From contig JAYTHU010000207.1 in assembly GCA_043732305.1 (NCBI GenBank), positions 1 to 56,522 of the forward strand: a stretch of DNA of 56,522 nt, read 5' to 3'. The translations under genes were made by a program, and so were the position numbers. Under the pieces are notes generated by a model. It was not told the origin of the DNA, made no database searches, and worked only from the letters and a program-made list of their open reading frames with translations. The DNA comes from Oligoflexia bacterium. GTDB taxonomy: Bacteria > Bdellovibrionota > Bdellovibrionia > JABDDW01. Of this stretch, positions 11,477-21,192 are shown one piece after another (position 1 is the stretch's first letter; the number at the start of each line of letters is the position of its first letter).

Positions 11477-12582
11477 AATATTTTTTTCGCAAAGTAATCG
11501 AAGAGAATTCTTGAATCGTGAGGGCCAGGACCAGCTTCTGGATGATATTGCACACTCCAGGCTTTGGATTTCTCCGATTCAATCCCTTCGACGGTTTTAT
11601 CGTAGAGATTTATTTGACTGACTTTCACACCCGTTGGCAAGTCCGGACTCACCGCGTACCCATGATTTTGGGCGGTCATATAAATTTCGCCAGTTTCATA
11701 GTTTTGTACTGGGTGATTTGACCCACGATGTCCAAACTTGAGCTTAAAAGTCTTTCCACCTAACGCGAGAGCCAATATTTGATGACCCATGCAAATTCCA
11801 AAGATCGGAACTTGGCCCAATAGTTTTTTGGTTTCTGCGGCGGCGCCTAAAACATTTCCAGGATCTCCGGGTCCATTAGAAAGAACTAAGCCTTGCGGAG
11901 ACCAATCGAGAATTTCGCTAGCGGAGGCTCGGGAATTAAAAACAGATACTTCTTTAAACCTAAGCAGCAGTTGCTGGAGGATATTTTCTTTTGTTCCTAA
12001 ATCTAACAGAGCCACTCGGCCTTTGACGCCTTGGCCTTGATAAATCTTGGTTTCTTTCGCTGAAGTTTCATAACACCAATCTTTAGAAATGGAATCACGT
12101 CTGCGAGTGATAAGATTTTTTACGAACTCCTGTTTTTTCGATTCAGAATCCAAGCCTTGTTTTTGAGCTTCGGCTTGAGAAATCATCACTCCCCAAGGAG
12201 TGCCTCTATCCCGCAAATGAAGTGTGAGGCTGCGAGTGTCGATATCGCTCAAACCAGGCCGTGAAAATTCGTCCAATTCAGTTTGTAGATTCTTCCGATC
12301 ATCTCGCAAAGTTGCATTCAAATTCACGCAGACAAAACCTTCAGCCCAAACTTTCTTAGATTCTCGTTCGGTATCTGCCACGCCGTAGTTGCCTTGCTCT
12401 GGCGCAGTCATGACAATGATTTGTTGATAGTAGCTGGGATCAGTCAGAATTTCTTGGTAACCGCCCATAGACGTATTGAAGACAACTTCGCCGACACCAA
12501 TGTGAGAGGAGTTTCCATTCCATTGACCTCGAAAAACTGTTTGGTCTTCCAAAATCAGGAAACCCGTCTGCGATTCCCTCAC
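11473..12582 (-). CDS. carA: Carbamoyl-phosphate synthase small subunit
   Basis: GEVVFNTSMGGYQEILTDPSY, GICMGHQ, QYHPEAGPGP. Confidence 0.97.
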   Translation of the reverse strand: MRESQTGFLILEDQTVFRGQWNGNSSHIGVGEVVFNTSMGGYQEILTDPSYYQQIIVMTAPEQGNYGVADTERESKKVWAEGFVCVNLNATLRDDRKNLQTELDEFSRPGLSDIDTRSLTLHLRDRGTPWGVMISQAEAQKQGLDSESKKQEFVKNLITRRRDSISKDWCYETSAKETKIYQGQGVKGRVALLDLGTKENILQQLLLRFKEVSVFNSRASASEILDWSPQGLVLSNGPGDPGNVLGAAAETKKLLGQVPIFGICMGHQILALALGGKTFKLKFGHRGSNHPVQNYETGEIYMTAQNHGYAVSPDLPTGVKVSQINLYDKTVEGIESEKSKAWSVQYHPEAGPGPHDSRILFDYFAKKIL

Positions 12583-13874
12583 CTGACTATTCCTTTTTCT
12601 AAATCAAAGACCGTGTAGCCGCCCACAATTGTTTGAGTGACCCGGGCTTTGACCTTTAAATTCTGGAAGGGAGTGTATTTTGATTTTGAGAAAAATTTTG
12701 CCGAGTCAATTTGCCAAGAAGAATTTAAATCCACGACGGCAAAATCTGCGACCAGGCCTTTTTTAATTTGCCCGCGATCTTTGAATTTAAATATTTTTGC
12801 AGGTGAGGAAGTCATGCTTTCGACGAGTCGATTCAAAGTGAGTTCTTTGTTTTCCACCAAGTTGTAGCAAGCCGCAAAAGTCGTCTCAAAGGCAGAAGCA
12901 CCATTTTCCGCATTTTCAAATTCGACGTCTTTGTCTTCTTCGCTTTGTGGAGAATGGTCACTGACGATGCAATCAATCACTCCGGACCGGAGCGCATCAA
13001 CCAAATGCTTACGATCTTTTTCTGTTCTAAGGGGCGGAGAAAGTTTGAACGCCGTATTGTAATCACGAAGGCTTTCATCGGTCAAAAGTAGATGATGAGG
13101 AGAAACCTCTGCCGTCACCGAAATACCGCGAGCCTTAGCATGGGCAAGGCTTTCAATAGCCCCGTGGGAAGACAAATGAGCTAAGTGCAAACGCCCTTTA
13201 GTATGAGCGCATAAACTTATGTTGCGAGAAACAATCACATCTTCAGCAGTATGTGGAATTCCTCGTAATCCAATTTGCGAACTGACTAAGCCCTCGTTCA
13301 TAACCCCGAGCCCAACCAAGTTCACGTCTTCGCAATGTTCGATCACAGGAATGTCGTAAGTTTTAAGGTACTCCATGGTTTTTCTGAGCAAGTAAGCATT
13401 CATGACGCTTCTAGAACCATCACTGATAGCGACACAACCGGCTTTGATCATGGAATCAATTCCAGCCATGGCTTGCCCTTCAAGCTTTTGACTGATGGCC
13501 CCAATAGGATGCACTCTCACCAGCGCCGTGTTCCTGATTTTTTCAATGATGTGTTGAGTGACAAAACCAGAGTCATTCACTGGCTGAGTATTTGGTAGAG
13601 TGCACACGGTGGTGAATCCACCAGCTGCGGCGGCGGCGGTTCCGGATCTTATATTTTCTCTATTTTCAAATCCGGGTTCTCCTAGATGAGATCTCAAATC
13701 GATAAATCCTGGGAGCAAATGCTGACTCCCAATATCAATTATTTTTCCGGAATCAACGTTCTTGCCCTTGATCACATCGATGATCAGACCATTTTCGATA
13801 ACCACGCTGCCTTTTTCTTGAAGGCCTTGGCTGGGGTCAAAAAGAATAGCGTTTTTGAGAGTGATCGTGCTCAT
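12579..13874 (-). CDS. pyrC: Dihydroorotase family protein (possibly non-catalytic PyrC')
   Basis: Amidohydrolase fold, AAAAGGFTTV, SKSKYTPF; in the pyr operon; metal-binding motif is degenerate (DLRSH). Confidence 0.88.
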   Translation of the reverse strand: MSTITLKNAILFDPSQGLQEKGSVVIENGLIIDVIKGKNVDSGKIIDIGSQHLLPGFIDLRSHLGEPGFENRENIRSGTAAAAAGGFTTVCTLPNTQPVNDSGFVTQHIIEKIRNTALVRVHPIGAISQKLEGQAMAGIDSMIKAGCVAISDGSRSVMNAYLLRKTMEYLKTYDIPVIEHCEDVNLVGLGVMNEGLVSSQIGLRGIPHTAEDVIVSRNISLCAHTKGRLHLAHLSSHGAIESLAHAKARGISVTAEVSPHHLLLTDESLRDYNTAFKLSPPLRTEKDRKHLVDALRSGVIDCIVSDHSPQSEEDKDVEFENAENGASAFETTFAACYNLVENKELTLNRLVESMTSSPAKIFKFKDRGQIKKGLVADFAVVDLNSSWQIDSAKFFSKSKYTPFQNLKVKARVTQTIVGGYTVFDLEKGIVR

Positions 13875-14794
13875 GAAACCCCCAAAATTTGGGAAAGTAA
13901 AATCTGACGAATGTAGGCACCGTTCTGCACTTGTTGCATCACCAAAGATCTCGGATCTCGCAAAACGCTTGAAGCGAATTCAATCCCACGATTAACAGGT
14001 CCGGGATGCATAATAATAGCCGTCTTTTTAATCAACTCCAGGCGCTCAGAAGTGATTCCATAAAGTTGAGAATATTCTTTGATTGAGGGCACTTGAAAAG
14101 AAGTCTGTCTTTCGAGTTGCATGCGCAAACCCATCACCACGTCAGCTTCAGGCAGGCAACGATCAAGATTATAATCCACTTCCACGCCAAGCTCGGTGAC
14201 AAACGGTGGAATTAAAGTGGGTGGGCCACAAACTTTCACTTTAGCACCGAACATTTTCAGACATTTGATCCCACTACGAGCAACTCGGCTATGAGCAATA
14301 TCCCCCACAATCAAAACTTGAAGGCCTTTGAGTTCCTCGCCAAACTTTTCCCAAATAGTAAAACCATCAAGTAGAGCTTGAGTGGGATGAGCGTGGAACC
14401 CATCGCCAGCGTTGATCACAGGAATTTTAATAAGCTTTGAAATCTGCAGAGGAATGCCACTTCCACCATGTCGAATAACCATGGCGTCTGGCTGAAGAGC
14501 TTCTATATTTTGCGCGGTATCAAAAACGGTTTCGCCCTTTTTAGTACTGCTTTCAACCGAATTGAAGTTCAAAACTCTGATCCCAAGTCTGAATGCAGCC
14601 ATCTCAAAGCTTGATCGAGTGCGCGTTGAAGGTTCAAAAAACATCAGCGCGACAGTTTTAGCTAGATTTGCTGCTAAGGGCTGAGTTGATTTTAAATTTT
14701 TAAGTTTTTTGGTTTCTTGAAAAAGAAATGAGATTTCTTCGCGGTTAAAATCAGAAATATCAAGAAGAGAGCGCCCGTAAAGAGTTGAAGTCAT
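13871..14794 (-). CDS. pyrB: Aspartate carbamoyltransferase catalytic subunit
   Basis: FFEPSTRTRSSFE, NAGDGFHAHPTQALLD, MHPGPVNRG. Confidence 0.97.
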   Translation of the reverse strand: MTSTLYGRSLLDISDFNREEISFLFQETKKLKNLKSTQPLAANLAKTVALMFFEPSTRTRSSFEMAAFRLGIRVLNFNSVESSTKKGETVFDTAQNIEALQPDAMVIRHGGSGIPLQISKLIKIPVINAGDGFHAHPTQALLDGFTIWEKFGEELKGLQVLIVGDIAHSRVARSGIKCLKMFGAKVKVCGPPTLIPPFVTELGVEVDYNLDRCLPEADVVMGLRMQLERQTSFQVPSIKEYSQLYGITSERLELIKKTAIIMHPGPVNRGIEFASSVLRDPRSLVMQQVQNGAYIRQILLSQILGVS

Positions 14795-14802
14795 TAGGCG
14801 TG

Positions 14803-14831
14803 AATATATTGAACCTCTATCTCCAAGTCAA
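14803..14831 (-). promoter_or_regulatory. Sigma70 promoter of the pyrB operon (near-leaderless)
   Basis: TTGACT-17 nt-TATATT on the minus strand, 8 nt before the pyrB ATG; no SD sequence. Confidence 0.65.
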
Positions 14832-14907
14832 GGTGCTTGGCGGTCTTTGATTTTGAATTTCGAAAATAACCAGGCGGCCAACCCGCCCCGGTCAATGTTG
14901 AGAAAGA

Positions 14908-15087
14908 TCAACGAAAGAGTTTGTTGGTGTAAAGACTTCCGCTAGAAGAATTAACGCTGCCAGTTCCCTTGTCTTCCGGATGCATTCCCGTTGAAGTGGC
15001 GCCGGCGTCGCCGCCTTTTCTGTGCTTAAGTTTCTCTTCAGTGAATTTCTTGAAATCCTTGTTCATTTTCGATTTAGACTTTTTCAT
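14908..15087 (-). CDS. Small basic hypothetical protein (59 aa)
   Basis: MKKSKSKMNKDF... preceded by a GGGGGA RBS and a sigma54-like site. Confidence 0.55.
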   Translation of the reverse strand: MKKSKSKMNKDFKKFTEEKLKHRKGGDAGATSTGMHPEDKGTGSVNSSSGSLYTNKLFR

Positions 15088-15142
15088 ACGTCCCCCTTTT
15101 GAAATGTAGAAATCTGAGTCACTTTGCTCAAACTCTCTAGAG

Positions 15143-15158
15143 AGCAAACGGCATACCT
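15143..15158 (-). promoter_or_regulatory. Possible sigma54 (-24/-12) promoter
   Basis: AGGTAT-GCCGT-TTGCT keeps the GG-N10-GC spacing. Confidence 0.4.
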
Positions 15159-15223
15159 AGCGCTATGGCAACGTGGAGGCTAAAGCTGAACAAAGGCTAG
15201 CCAATGTTGAGAGAATGTACGAA

Positions 15224-15922
15224 TTAATTAACTTTAGAGAACAACCGTTCATTACGGATGCGAGGCAAGCCTGTCGAGTGATGACGATGATCCCAATCGA
15301 GTGAGAGCCAGATCATAAATGCCCGTCCCTCGACATTTTCAATGGGGACCATTCCCCAATTGCGACTGTCTTCGGAGGAGTCCCGATTGTCACCAAGAAC
15401 AAATATTTTTCCTTCAGGAACAACCTCGGGGCCAAAAGATTCTTCCTCTTGCCCTCGTCTGAACATGACATCGTGAGTTTGTCCCATGACCTCCTCGCGA
15501 TAAATCTGATAATAATCGCGGTAAGAATCTCCCGTGACGGCATCTGTAGCGAGAGCATCGTAGTGAGAAGTTTTACCGTTGAGAATAAGAATGCGTTTTT
15601 TGATTTCTATACGGTCACCCGGGAGAGCAATCACGCGTTTGATGAGTGAAGTCGCAGGATCCTCCAAGGATTTAAAAACAATGACATCACCATGGTTTGG
15701 CATTCGAGGTGTGATGAGATTGAAATTAGAGAACGGAATTTTCATGGCGTAAGGAAGCTTCCAACTAAAAATGAAATCGCCAATTTTTAACGTAGGAATC
15801 ATACTGCCAGTTGGAATTTTATAAGCCGCCATGACAAATGTGCGAACAATAAGCGCGATGACCACTGCCACCAGTGCGCCTTCAATGTTTTCTCTGAGGA
15901 CGGACTTTTCCGCTCGCTTCAT
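15224..15922 (-). CDS. lepB: Signal peptidase I (paralogue 2)
   Basis: IPTGSMIPTL (Ser), LIKRVIALPGD (Lys), GDNRDSSEDSR. Confidence 0.94.
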   Translation of the reverse strand: MKRAEKSVLRENIEGALVAVVIALIVRTFVMAAYKIPTGSMIPTLKIGDFIFSWKLPYAMKIPFSNFNLITPRMPNHGDVIVFKSLEDPATSLIKRVIALPGDRIEIKKRILILNGKTSHYDALATDAVTGDSYRDYYQIYREEVMGQTHDVMFRRGQEEESFGPEVVPEGKIFVLGDNRDSSEDSRNWGMVPIENVEGRAFMIWLSLDWDHRHHSTGLPRIRNERLFSKVN

Positions 15923-16695
15923 CTTACGTTATGGAAAAATCTTGCCCATCTGATGGTCAAAGGATTGCATAAAATATTAAGTGGGCCAGGTAGGGTGTCA
16001 TCGCAACTTAGCCAAACGAACATCGCACGTCCCAATATGTGATCCATGGGAACATAGCCCCAGTAACGGCTGTCATTGGAGTTGTCACGATTGTCACCCA
16101 TGACAAAAAGAGAATCAGAAGGAATTTCATGATCTTTTAGTGTGGCATGAACCGAATCTTTTTTGACTAACGTAGGATGAATGTGTCCGGTGAGAGATTC
16201 TTGGTAAAGTTCGTACGAATCTTTGCCTCCACTCATTTCTGATTCTTTGAGCATATTCATATAATAATTTTTATCGGGAGCGACTTCAGTGGGCACTTTT
16301 TCGCCATTGACGGAAAGTTGCTGACCATCCCAAGAAATTTTATCTCCAGGGGTACCTATGACGCGCTTGATGAAAAATGTTTGGGGATCTTCTGGGTATC
16401 GAAAAACAATGACTTCGCCACGAGAAGGATTTCTGAACTTCACAAGCCATTCTTTGGAAAAAGGAACTCTGATTCCATAAATGAGTTTGTTCACAAAAAT
16501 GTGATCTTGAATCAAAAGTGAGGGAAGCATACTGCCCGAAGGAATGACGTAAGCTTCTATCAAAAGCCAACGGATGCTCAACGCCAAAAGTGCTGCAAGC
16601 AATAATGAACCGAATCCATCGGACCAAGTCCCTTTTTTATTTCCTTTAGGCTTCTTTTTAAAAATACTTTTCACAAAGTTTGACATTTCACTCAC
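15919..16695 (-). CDS. lepB: Signal peptidase I (paralogue 1)
   Basis: IPSGSMLPSL, FIKRVIGTPGD, GDNRDNSNDSRYWG; follows lepA. Confidence 0.95.
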   Translation of the reverse strand: MSEMSNFVKSIFKKKPKGNKKGTWSDGFGSLLLAALLALSIRWLLIEAYVIPSGSMLPSLLIQDHIFVNKLIYGIRVPFSKEWLVKFRNPSRGEVIVFRYPEDPQTFFIKRVIGTPGDKISWDGQQLSVNGEKVPTEVAPDKNYYMNMLKESEMSGGKDSYELYQESLTGHIHPTLVKKDSVHATLKDHEIPSDSLFVMGDNRDNSNDSRYWGYVPMDHILGRAMFVWLSCDDTLPGPLNILCNPLTIRWARFFHNVR

Positions 16696-16699
16696 TCGA

Positions 16700-18505
16700 T
16701 CAATCCTCCACTTTCAAAATGGCCAAAAACGCTTCTTGTGGAACTTCCACAGATCCAATTGTTTTCATGCGCTTTTTGCCTTCTTTTTGTTTCTCAAGAA
16801 GCTTTCTCTTTCTACTGATGTCACCACCATAACATTTTGCTGTCACGTCTTTTCTGAGAGCTCCCAGAGTTTCGCGGGCGATGACTTTTGCACCAATCGC
16901 TGCTTGAATAGCAATTTGATACTGCTGCCTAGATAGCAGCTCTTTTAATTTCTCAGTTAATTTTCTTCCACGATTGACGGCTTTGCTCTCATGCACAATA
17001 AGTGAGAGCGCATCGATGGGTTCGTTATTCAGTAAAATGTCGAGTTTGACGAGTTTGCTCTCTCTAAATTCTGTGAACTCATAATCGAGAGAAGCGTAAC
17101 CTTTTGAAATGCTTTTCAAACGATCATAAAAATCCATGACAACTTCATTCAAAGGAATCTCATAAACAATGATCGCTTTTACTGATGTCACATACTCTAA
17201 TTTTTTCTGCGTTCCGCGTTTGTCTTCGCATAATTTTAAAATAGCCCCGATGTATTCCGACGGACAATGAATTGTCGCCGTGATAATGGGTTCTTCAAAA
17301 ACCGCAATTTTTGTGACGTCAGGAAGATCAGCAGGATTTTCAAGCTCCATAACCTTGCCGTCAGTCTGGGTGACACGGTAGACAACACTTGGAGCAGTGG
17401 TGATCAAGCTAAGATTATATTCGCGCTCGAGTCTCTCCTGAATGATTTCCATATGGAGAAGGCCTAAGAATCCACAACGGAATCCAAAACCTAAAGCTAA
17501 ACTTGTTTCTGGTTCATAGGTGAAACTTGAATCATTGAGAGTGAGTTTATCGAGTGCGTCTCTTAAATTTTCATAGTCAGGTCCATCGACCGGGAAAATT
17601 CCGGAAAACACCATGGGCTTCACGACTTTGAAACCTTTGAGCATGAGTGTCGCAGGTTTCTTAGCATCCGTGACGGTGTCTCCAATTTTTGTGTCATGGA
17701 CATCTTTGATGCCGGCAATAATAAATCCGACTTCGCCAGCTTTGAGATCAGACAAATTAGCGGCGAAAGGCATGAAGGCGCCGACTTTAAGAACTTCGAA
17801 ATCTTTTCCAACACTCATGAGACGAATTTTTTGTCCGGGCTTAACGCCGCCCTCCATCACGCGCACCAAAATAACCACGCCCTGATAAGGATCAAACCAG
17901 CTATCAAAAATCAAAGCACGCAAAGGAACGTTAATTTCGGTCTTAGGTGGTGGAACTTTTTTAACAACAGCTTCCAGAATATCCGCAATGCCGATGCGCT
18001 CTTTGGCGCTTGCAAAAACGGCTTCCGATGCGTCGAGACCGATGGTGTCTTCGATTTGCTGCTTCACCCCGTCAGGATCTGCAGCAGGCAAATCAATTTT
18101 GTTAAGTACCGGGATAATTTCTAAATTGTTTTCTATAGCCATGTAAACATTGGCCAAAGTTTGCGCTTCAACACCTTGAGAGGCATCGACCACTAAGATG
18201 GCACCTTCACAAGCAGCCAGCGATCGCGAAACTTCATAACTGAAATCCACGTGTCCCGGAGTGTCTATTAAATTTAGCTGATATGTTTTTCCGTCAAGTG
18301 CTTTGTAGTTAAGCCTTACGGTTTGCGCTTTGATGGTGATTCCACGCTCACGCTCAAGCTCCATGTTGTCGAGAAACTGATCTTTCATCTCCCGGCTGCT
18401 AAGTGCTCCGGTGTGTTCGATGAGACGATCAGCAAGGGTGCTCTTACCGTGATCGATGTGCGCGATAATTGCAAAATTCCGAATGTGTTCTAATATTTGA
18501 GACAT
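16700..18505 (-). CDS. lepA: Translation elongation factor 4 LepA
   Basis: [44 protein letters not shown]. Confidence 0.99.
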   Translation of the reverse strand: MSQILEHIRNFAIIAHIDHGKSTLADRLIEHTGALSSREMKDQFLDNMELERERGITIKAQTVRLNYKALDGKTYQLNLIDTPGHVDFSYEVSRSLAACEGAILVVDASQGVEAQTLANVYMAIENNLEIIPVLNKIDLPAADPDGVKQQIEDTIGLDASEAVFASAKERIGIADILEAVVKKVPPPKTEINVPLRALIFDSWFDPYQGVVILVRVMEGGVKPGQKIRLMSVGKDFEVLKVGAFMPFAANLSDLKAGEVGFIIAGIKDVHDTKIGDTVTDAKKPATLMLKGFKVVKPMVFSGIFPVDGPDYENLRDALDKLTLNDSSFTYEPETSLALGFGFRCGFLGLLHMEIIQERLEREYNLSLITTAPSVVYRVTQTDGKVMELENPADLPDVTKIAVFEEPIITATIHCPSEYIGAILKLCEDKRGTQKKLEYVTSVKAIIVYEIPLNEVVMDFYDRLKSISKGYASLDYEFTEFRESKLVKLDILLNNEPIDALSLIVHESKAVNRGRKLTEKLKELLSRQQYQIAIQAAIGAKVIARETLGALRKDVTAKCYGGDISRKRKLLEKQKEGKKRMKTIGSVEVPQEAFLAILKVED

Positions 18506-18512
18506 GGACTTG

Positions 18513-18542
18513 GTTATAAAGGCTTTGAGGCCTTGACGTCAA
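18513..18542 (-). promoter_or_regulatory. Sigma70 promoter of lepA (leaderless)
   Basis: TTGACG-18 nt-TATAAC, 7 nt before the ATG. Confidence 0.6.
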
Positions 18543-18742
18543 TTTTTCTTCGCTTTAGCTTTCGGTTCTTTAAGCCAATCGATCTGCCCAGGCAAATGTT
18601 GCGAGTTTTTCTCCAAAACGAGATCAATTCCCTCGCGAATAAATTCTGCAACCGGAACGCGGGTTCGTTTGTTCAATTCTTTCAAGAGAAGGCTTTGTTC
18701 TTCAGTGATATAGACGGTGGTGGTGATTTTTTTGATGCCCAT
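18539..18742 (-). CDS. Ribbon-helix-helix domain protein
   Basis: KKITTTVYITEEQ...LKELNKRTRVPVAEFIREGIDLVL has the beta-helix-helix pattern. Confidence 0.85.
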   Translation of the reverse strand: MGIKKITTTVYITEEQSLLLKELNKRTRVPVAEFIREGIDLVLEKNSQHLPGQIDWLKEPKAKAKKN

Positions 18743-18748
18743 GAGTCA

Positions 18749-18777
18749 GAAATACCACATGTTGCCATACACAGCAA
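18749..18777 (-). promoter_or_regulatory. Sigma70 promoter of the RHH gene (leaderless, extended -10)
   Basis: TTGCTG-17 nt-(TGG)TATTTC, 6 nt before the ATG. Confidence 0.45.
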
Positions 18778-19025
18778 TATGTTCCAACAAAACTCACTTG
18801 AGGTGAGAACTTGCAAAATGAAGAATGGCCTCTAAAAACTGCTTTTCTTGAATGATAAATTTCGAAAACTTTCCGGTTCTGGCGATGAGCCGCTAAGTAC
18901 TACATTCCCATGGTTAGAATTCCACCGGCAGCTTTCCCAGTGGAATCATAGAGAGCCATTTTTCGAATCACATTTTCTGGAGACTGGCCGGTTTCGGCTT
19001 GGCTCGAATCCATGGTCACCGGAAC

Positions 19026-19676
19026 TCAGATTTCGGTGATCAATTCTTCTTTTGGAAAGCGAACTTTTTTGAACGCTTGAAACGTGTCGGACGAACTCCT
19101 AAAACCCAATGCCACGATGGCTACTGACTTATAGTTAGTTTCTGTGAGGCCAAGAATTTTATCATATTCGACTGAGTTAAATCCTTCCATCGGGCAAGAA
19201 TCAACGCCAATCATGGCTGCTGTTGTAAGAAGAAATCCAAGCGCAATATAAGTTTGTCGGGCCGTCCAATGATCAACAATTTGACTCACAGGCCCTTTAA
19301 CAATCGAACCCACCATGGAATCTTTGAAAGCTTTTAAACCGTCGGCGGGCACTCCGCGAACTTTAGCAGTGTGTTGGATGTATTTTTCTATGTAGTTTTC
19401 ATCGATCTTTTTTGCATGACAAAAGACAACCAAGTGCGAGCAATCCTCGATTTGTGGCTGATTATATGAGACTGGCGTCAACTTTTTCTTAACGTCCTGA
19501 CTTTTGACTATGATGAATTTCCATGGTTGCAAGCCGCTAGAAGAGGCAGAAAGCAATAAAGCGTCTTCCAAAGTTTTTAGATCTGCGTCCGATAGTTTTT
19601 GCGTCGAATCAAATTTTTTCACGGCATATCGCCAGTTTAAGTTACTTAGGACGATTTCGCTTTTGATTTTTTCCAT
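19026..19676 (-). CDS. NAD(P)H-dependent nitroreductase (NfsB-like)
   Basis: WRYAVKKFD, SASSSGLQPWKF, GVDSCPMEGF. Confidence 0.92.
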   Translation of the reverse strand: MEKIKSEIVLSNLNWRYAVKKFDSTQKLSDADLKTLEDALLLSASSSGLQPWKFIIVKSQDVKKKLTPVSYNQPQIEDCSHLVVFCHAKKIDENYIEKYIQHTAKVRGVPADGLKAFKDSMVGSIVKGPVSQIVDHWTARQTYIALGFLLTTAAMIGVDSCPMEGFNSVEYDKILGLTETNYKSVAIVALGFRSSSDTFQAFKKVRFPKEELITEI

Positions 19677-19764
19677 CTTTACTCTCGTTTTTCAAAGGTT
19701 TAGATTACGCTACCCTGCCCGTTTAATATTGACAAGACCGTTAAAGAAATTATCTTTAGAGGCC

Positions 19765-20409
19765 ATGGAAACTATGAAAAAGTTCGTTTCAAATAAAGAT
19801 GAGTCCCCGCAGTTGTTTAAAAATAAACAGCTCGAAACTCTCACCAAAGTCCACCCAGTTACTCCACTCATAGTTTTTGTTCCTGTAGTTATTTATAGTT
19901 TTATTGTCCAGATGAAGACGATCTCAAGCTGGTCATTGGCTTTTGAAGTTCTCGCTTCAGGATTTTTAGTTTGGACACTTTTCGAATATTTGCTTCACCG
20001 ATTTATTTTTCACTGGGAACCGGAAAATAAAATCGGAAAATACATGCACTTTTTATTTCACGGCATTCATCATGACTATCCCCGAGATTCAAAGCGCCTT
20101 GTAATGCCACCCACTGTTGGAATCATTGCTGCTGCGTTACTTTATTTTTTATTTGGCCGAATCATGCCCCACTATTGGCTCAACGGATTCTTTTCTGGTT
20201 TTATGATTGGTTATCTTTGTTACGATATGGCGCACTTTGCGATTCATCATTTTAATTTCAAAAGTCGCTGGTTCATTGAACTACGCAACAATCACTTCAT
20301 GCATCATTACAACGATCACACTTCTAACTTCGGGGTAAGCTCTCCCCTGTGGGATTACATTTTAATGACCGTTCACAAGAAACAGCAGAAGGTCAATCAG
20401 GAATCTTAA
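19765..20409 (+). CDS. Fatty acid hydroxylase / sterol desaturase family protein
   Basis: His boxes EYLLHRFIFH, HGIHHDYP, YDMAHFAIHH, HFMHHY. The ORF track's N-terminal extension overlaps the nitroreductase and is rejected. Confidence 0.9.
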   Translation: METMKKFVSNKDESPQLFKNKQLETLTKVHPVTPLIVFVPVVIYSFIVQMKTISSWSLAFEVLASGFLVWTLFEYLLHRFIFHWEPENKIGKYMHFLFHGIHHDYPRDSKRLVMPPTVGIIAAALLYFLFGRIMPHYWLNGFFSGFMIGYLCYDMAHFAIHHFNFKSRWFIELRNNHFMHHYNDHTSNFGVSSPLWDYILMTVHKKQQKVNQES

Positions 20410-20612
20410 CTGAATCTCATAGCGTAGCCTAGAAATGTCAGCCCAATTCCAATCAGCCAACATAAAATGACGTTATCTACAAAGTACGTGTAAACAATGA
20501 GTGTCAGGCCGACGCCTAAAAAATAAAAGTTAGTTTCTTTCTTCCCTCTTTTTAGAAAATAAACGCCAACGATTCCAAAAATAATGCCCGCAATGAATGA
20601 TCCCATGTTCAT
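20406..20612 (-). CDS. Small membrane protein
   Basis: 68 aa, 2-3 hydrophobic segments, GVYFLKRGKK motif; TATGAT -10 box 6 nt before the ATG. Confidence 0.7.
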   Translation of the reverse strand: MNMGSFIAGIIFGIVGVYFLKRGKKETNFYFLGVGLTLIVYTYFVDNVILCWLIGIGLTFLGYAMRFS

Positions 20613-20688
20613 ATGTCAATCATAACCGATAATACATTGCGCTAAAAGCGTCTTCGTGATTTAAGTGAGACAAATAAGGAGTGATTTT

Positions 20689-21189
20689 ATGTTCACAATG
20701 AAAAAGCGATTCAGCCTACTTCCCACCTTAGCTGCCTTAACTTTCACTGCAGCGTTATTCGCCGTTGCCTGCTCCCATGGACAAATCGATCGAGCTTTAG
20801 ATGAAAAGCTCAAAAACATGCCTCAGATTACCAATAGCGAGGAACTTTCTCGGAAACTAGAAACTTCAATCACCTCAGCCAGTCATTTGACGGATGATCA
20901 AAAGAGCAAACTCTCTGCACTTCACAAAGATACCGATGATGAAATGATTCGTCTCCGCAATGAGTCTTTTAAGCTTCGAGAACTTTTGATTGAAGACGTT
21001 TTTCACGGAAAAAATGATTTGGACGAAACCAAGCTGATTCAAAAACGACTCAGAAAAAATGCTGATGATCGGCTCAGCACCATATTTGGCGCAGTTGAAA
21101 CAGCGAATAATATTTTAGGCCATGGTGATCCCGATAAAAGTTATGAACTCATGAAGTCATTTATTGATTTACCCAGCTGGGTCCGGTAG
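20689..21189 (+). CDS. Helical lipoprotein (Spy/CpxP-like)
   Basis: AAGGAG RBS, lipobox AVAC, LTDDQKSKL helical motif. Confidence 0.7.
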   Translation: MFTMKKRFSLLPTLAALTFTAALFAVACSHGQIDRALDEKLKNMPQITNSEELSRKLETSITSASHLTDDQKSKLSALHKDTDDEMIRLRNESFKLRELLIEDVFHGKNDLDETKLIQKRLRKNADDRLSTIFGAVETANNILGHGDPDKSYELMKSFIDLPSWVR

Positions 21190-21192
21190 CTT

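Noticed and set aside
14872..14892. PyrR-type attenuator or terminator upstream of pyrB (GGCGG/CCGCC stem)
   Set aside because: Weak stem with no U tract and no PyrR-binding motif; it lies upstream of the predicted promoter, so it would not be in the pyrB leader.
18780..19025. ncRNA or the 63-aa ORF (18848-19039) in the RHH-nitroreductase gap
   Set aside because: No recognisable RNA family, strong hairpin, RBS or protein motif.
19504..19764. N-terminal extension of the fatty acid hydroxylase ORF
   Set aside because: It overlaps the nitroreductase on the opposite strand, and a TTGACA/TATCTT promoter lies just before ATG 19765.
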